A DNA stretch of 64,000 bases from an uncultured delta proteobacterium (GTDB lineage Bacteria; Myxococcota_A; Polyangia; Haliangiales; Haliangiaceae), in NCBI GenBank assembly GCA_963848295.1, contig CAWKDB010000010.1:544001-608000 (forward strand). Direction: 5' to 3'. The notes under the pieces were generated by a model. That model was not told where the DNA came from. It worked only from the letters and a program-made list of their open reading frames with translations, and searched no databases. Made by a program: the position numbers and the translations under genes. Shown piece by piece: positions 63,331 to 64,000 of this stretch. The stretch's first letter is position 1; each line of letters opens with the position of its first letter.

Positions 63331-64000
63331 TCAGGACGTCCCCTCGAGGCGCGGAAGCGTGAAATGGAAGCGAGTCCCTTCGCCAAGACGAGACTCGACC
63401 CAGATGCGACCGCCCTGCGCATCGATCAGCTTCTTGCAGATATAGAGGCCCAGTCCGACGCCGCGCGTCGTGCCGTTACGATCTGCGTGCCAGTAGCGAT
63501 CGAAGAGGTGCGCGAGATCGCCGGCAGGGATACCGGGTCCGGTGTCTTCGACCGAGAGCTCCACGTCATCCGAGCCGAGCTGGGCTTGGACGGAGATCAT
63601 GCCACCAGGGGGTGTGAACTTGAGGGCGTTCCCGAGGAGATTCGCGAGGACCTGAAGAACGTGTTCGCGATCTGCGCGTACGACTGCGGGCGCGCGCGGC
63701 ATATCGACGCACAAGTTCACTTGCGCGTGACACGCGTGCGCCGAGAATTCCGCCACCGACGTGTGCACCAACTCGGCCACCGCGCATTGTTCGAGCGTCA
63801 AGCGCAGGCTGTCCGCGTCGACCTCCGCCGCATGCAGAATCTGATCGACGAGGTGTTTCATGCGATCGGCGGCAAGTTGCAGGGCACGGAGCGCCCGCTG
63901 CGGTTCTGCTTGCGGCCTGTCCACATGCGCCGCCGCCAATACCTCGGCACCCATCACGACCGTTGCGAGCGCGCCGCGGAGATCGTGAGAGACGATCGCG
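63331..64000 (-). CDS. Sensor histidine kinase (5' partial)
   Basis: H-box SHDLR, NLLGNALKFT, DTGPGI, GLGLYIC. Confidence 0.92.
   Translation of the reverse strand, partial: AIVSHDLRGALATVVMGAEVLAAAHVDRPQAEPQRALRALQLAADRMKHLVDQILHAAEVDADSLRLTLEQCAVAELVHTSVAEFSAHACHAQVNLCVDMPRAPAVVRADREHVLQVLANLLGNALKFTPPGGMISVQAQLGSDDVELSVEDTGPGIPAGDLAHLFDRYWHADRNGTTRGVGLGLYICKKLIDAQGGRIWVESRLGEGTRFHFTLPRLEGTS

Overview
High-GC bacterial DNA, probably Myxococcota. This is inferred from a MYXO-CTERM protease, PEGA proteins, Ser/Thr kinase-TPR proteins, a myxobacterial-type ECF sigma factor and a Fo-only atp cluster. The right part is mostly core genes (hflX, YyaL family, gyrA, hemL, atpZ/I/B/E, moaC, glmS, tRNA-Gly). 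It also holds a MenAT1-like toxin-antitoxin pair and a ~7.4-kb integrase-less island bounded by a duplicated tRNA-Gly 3' end. The left 28 kb is an accessory region and the main find. It appears to encode a polymorphic toxin/immunity system with three large putative effectors, two of which share an unrecognised ~320-aa helical N-terminal domain but have unrelated C-termini. Each effector is translationally coupled to a putative immunity gene. The region also contains an orphan toxin tip whose immunity gene is split by an IS21 element, and an eCIS-type (Afp15/Pvc15-like) AAA ATPase. All three effectors, the ATPase and one beta-helix surface protein share an upstream motif, CGCAAC-N15/16-YCGATA-N8/9-start, suggesting one alternative-sigma regulon. 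Two different cassettes sit exactly between duplicated patatin and hflX stop codons. Caveat: a frameshift in atpB, complementary broken patatin copies and a chimeric junction suggest indel errors and possibly concatenated strain haplotypes. All homology calls come from motif recognition and hand alignment, not database searches.
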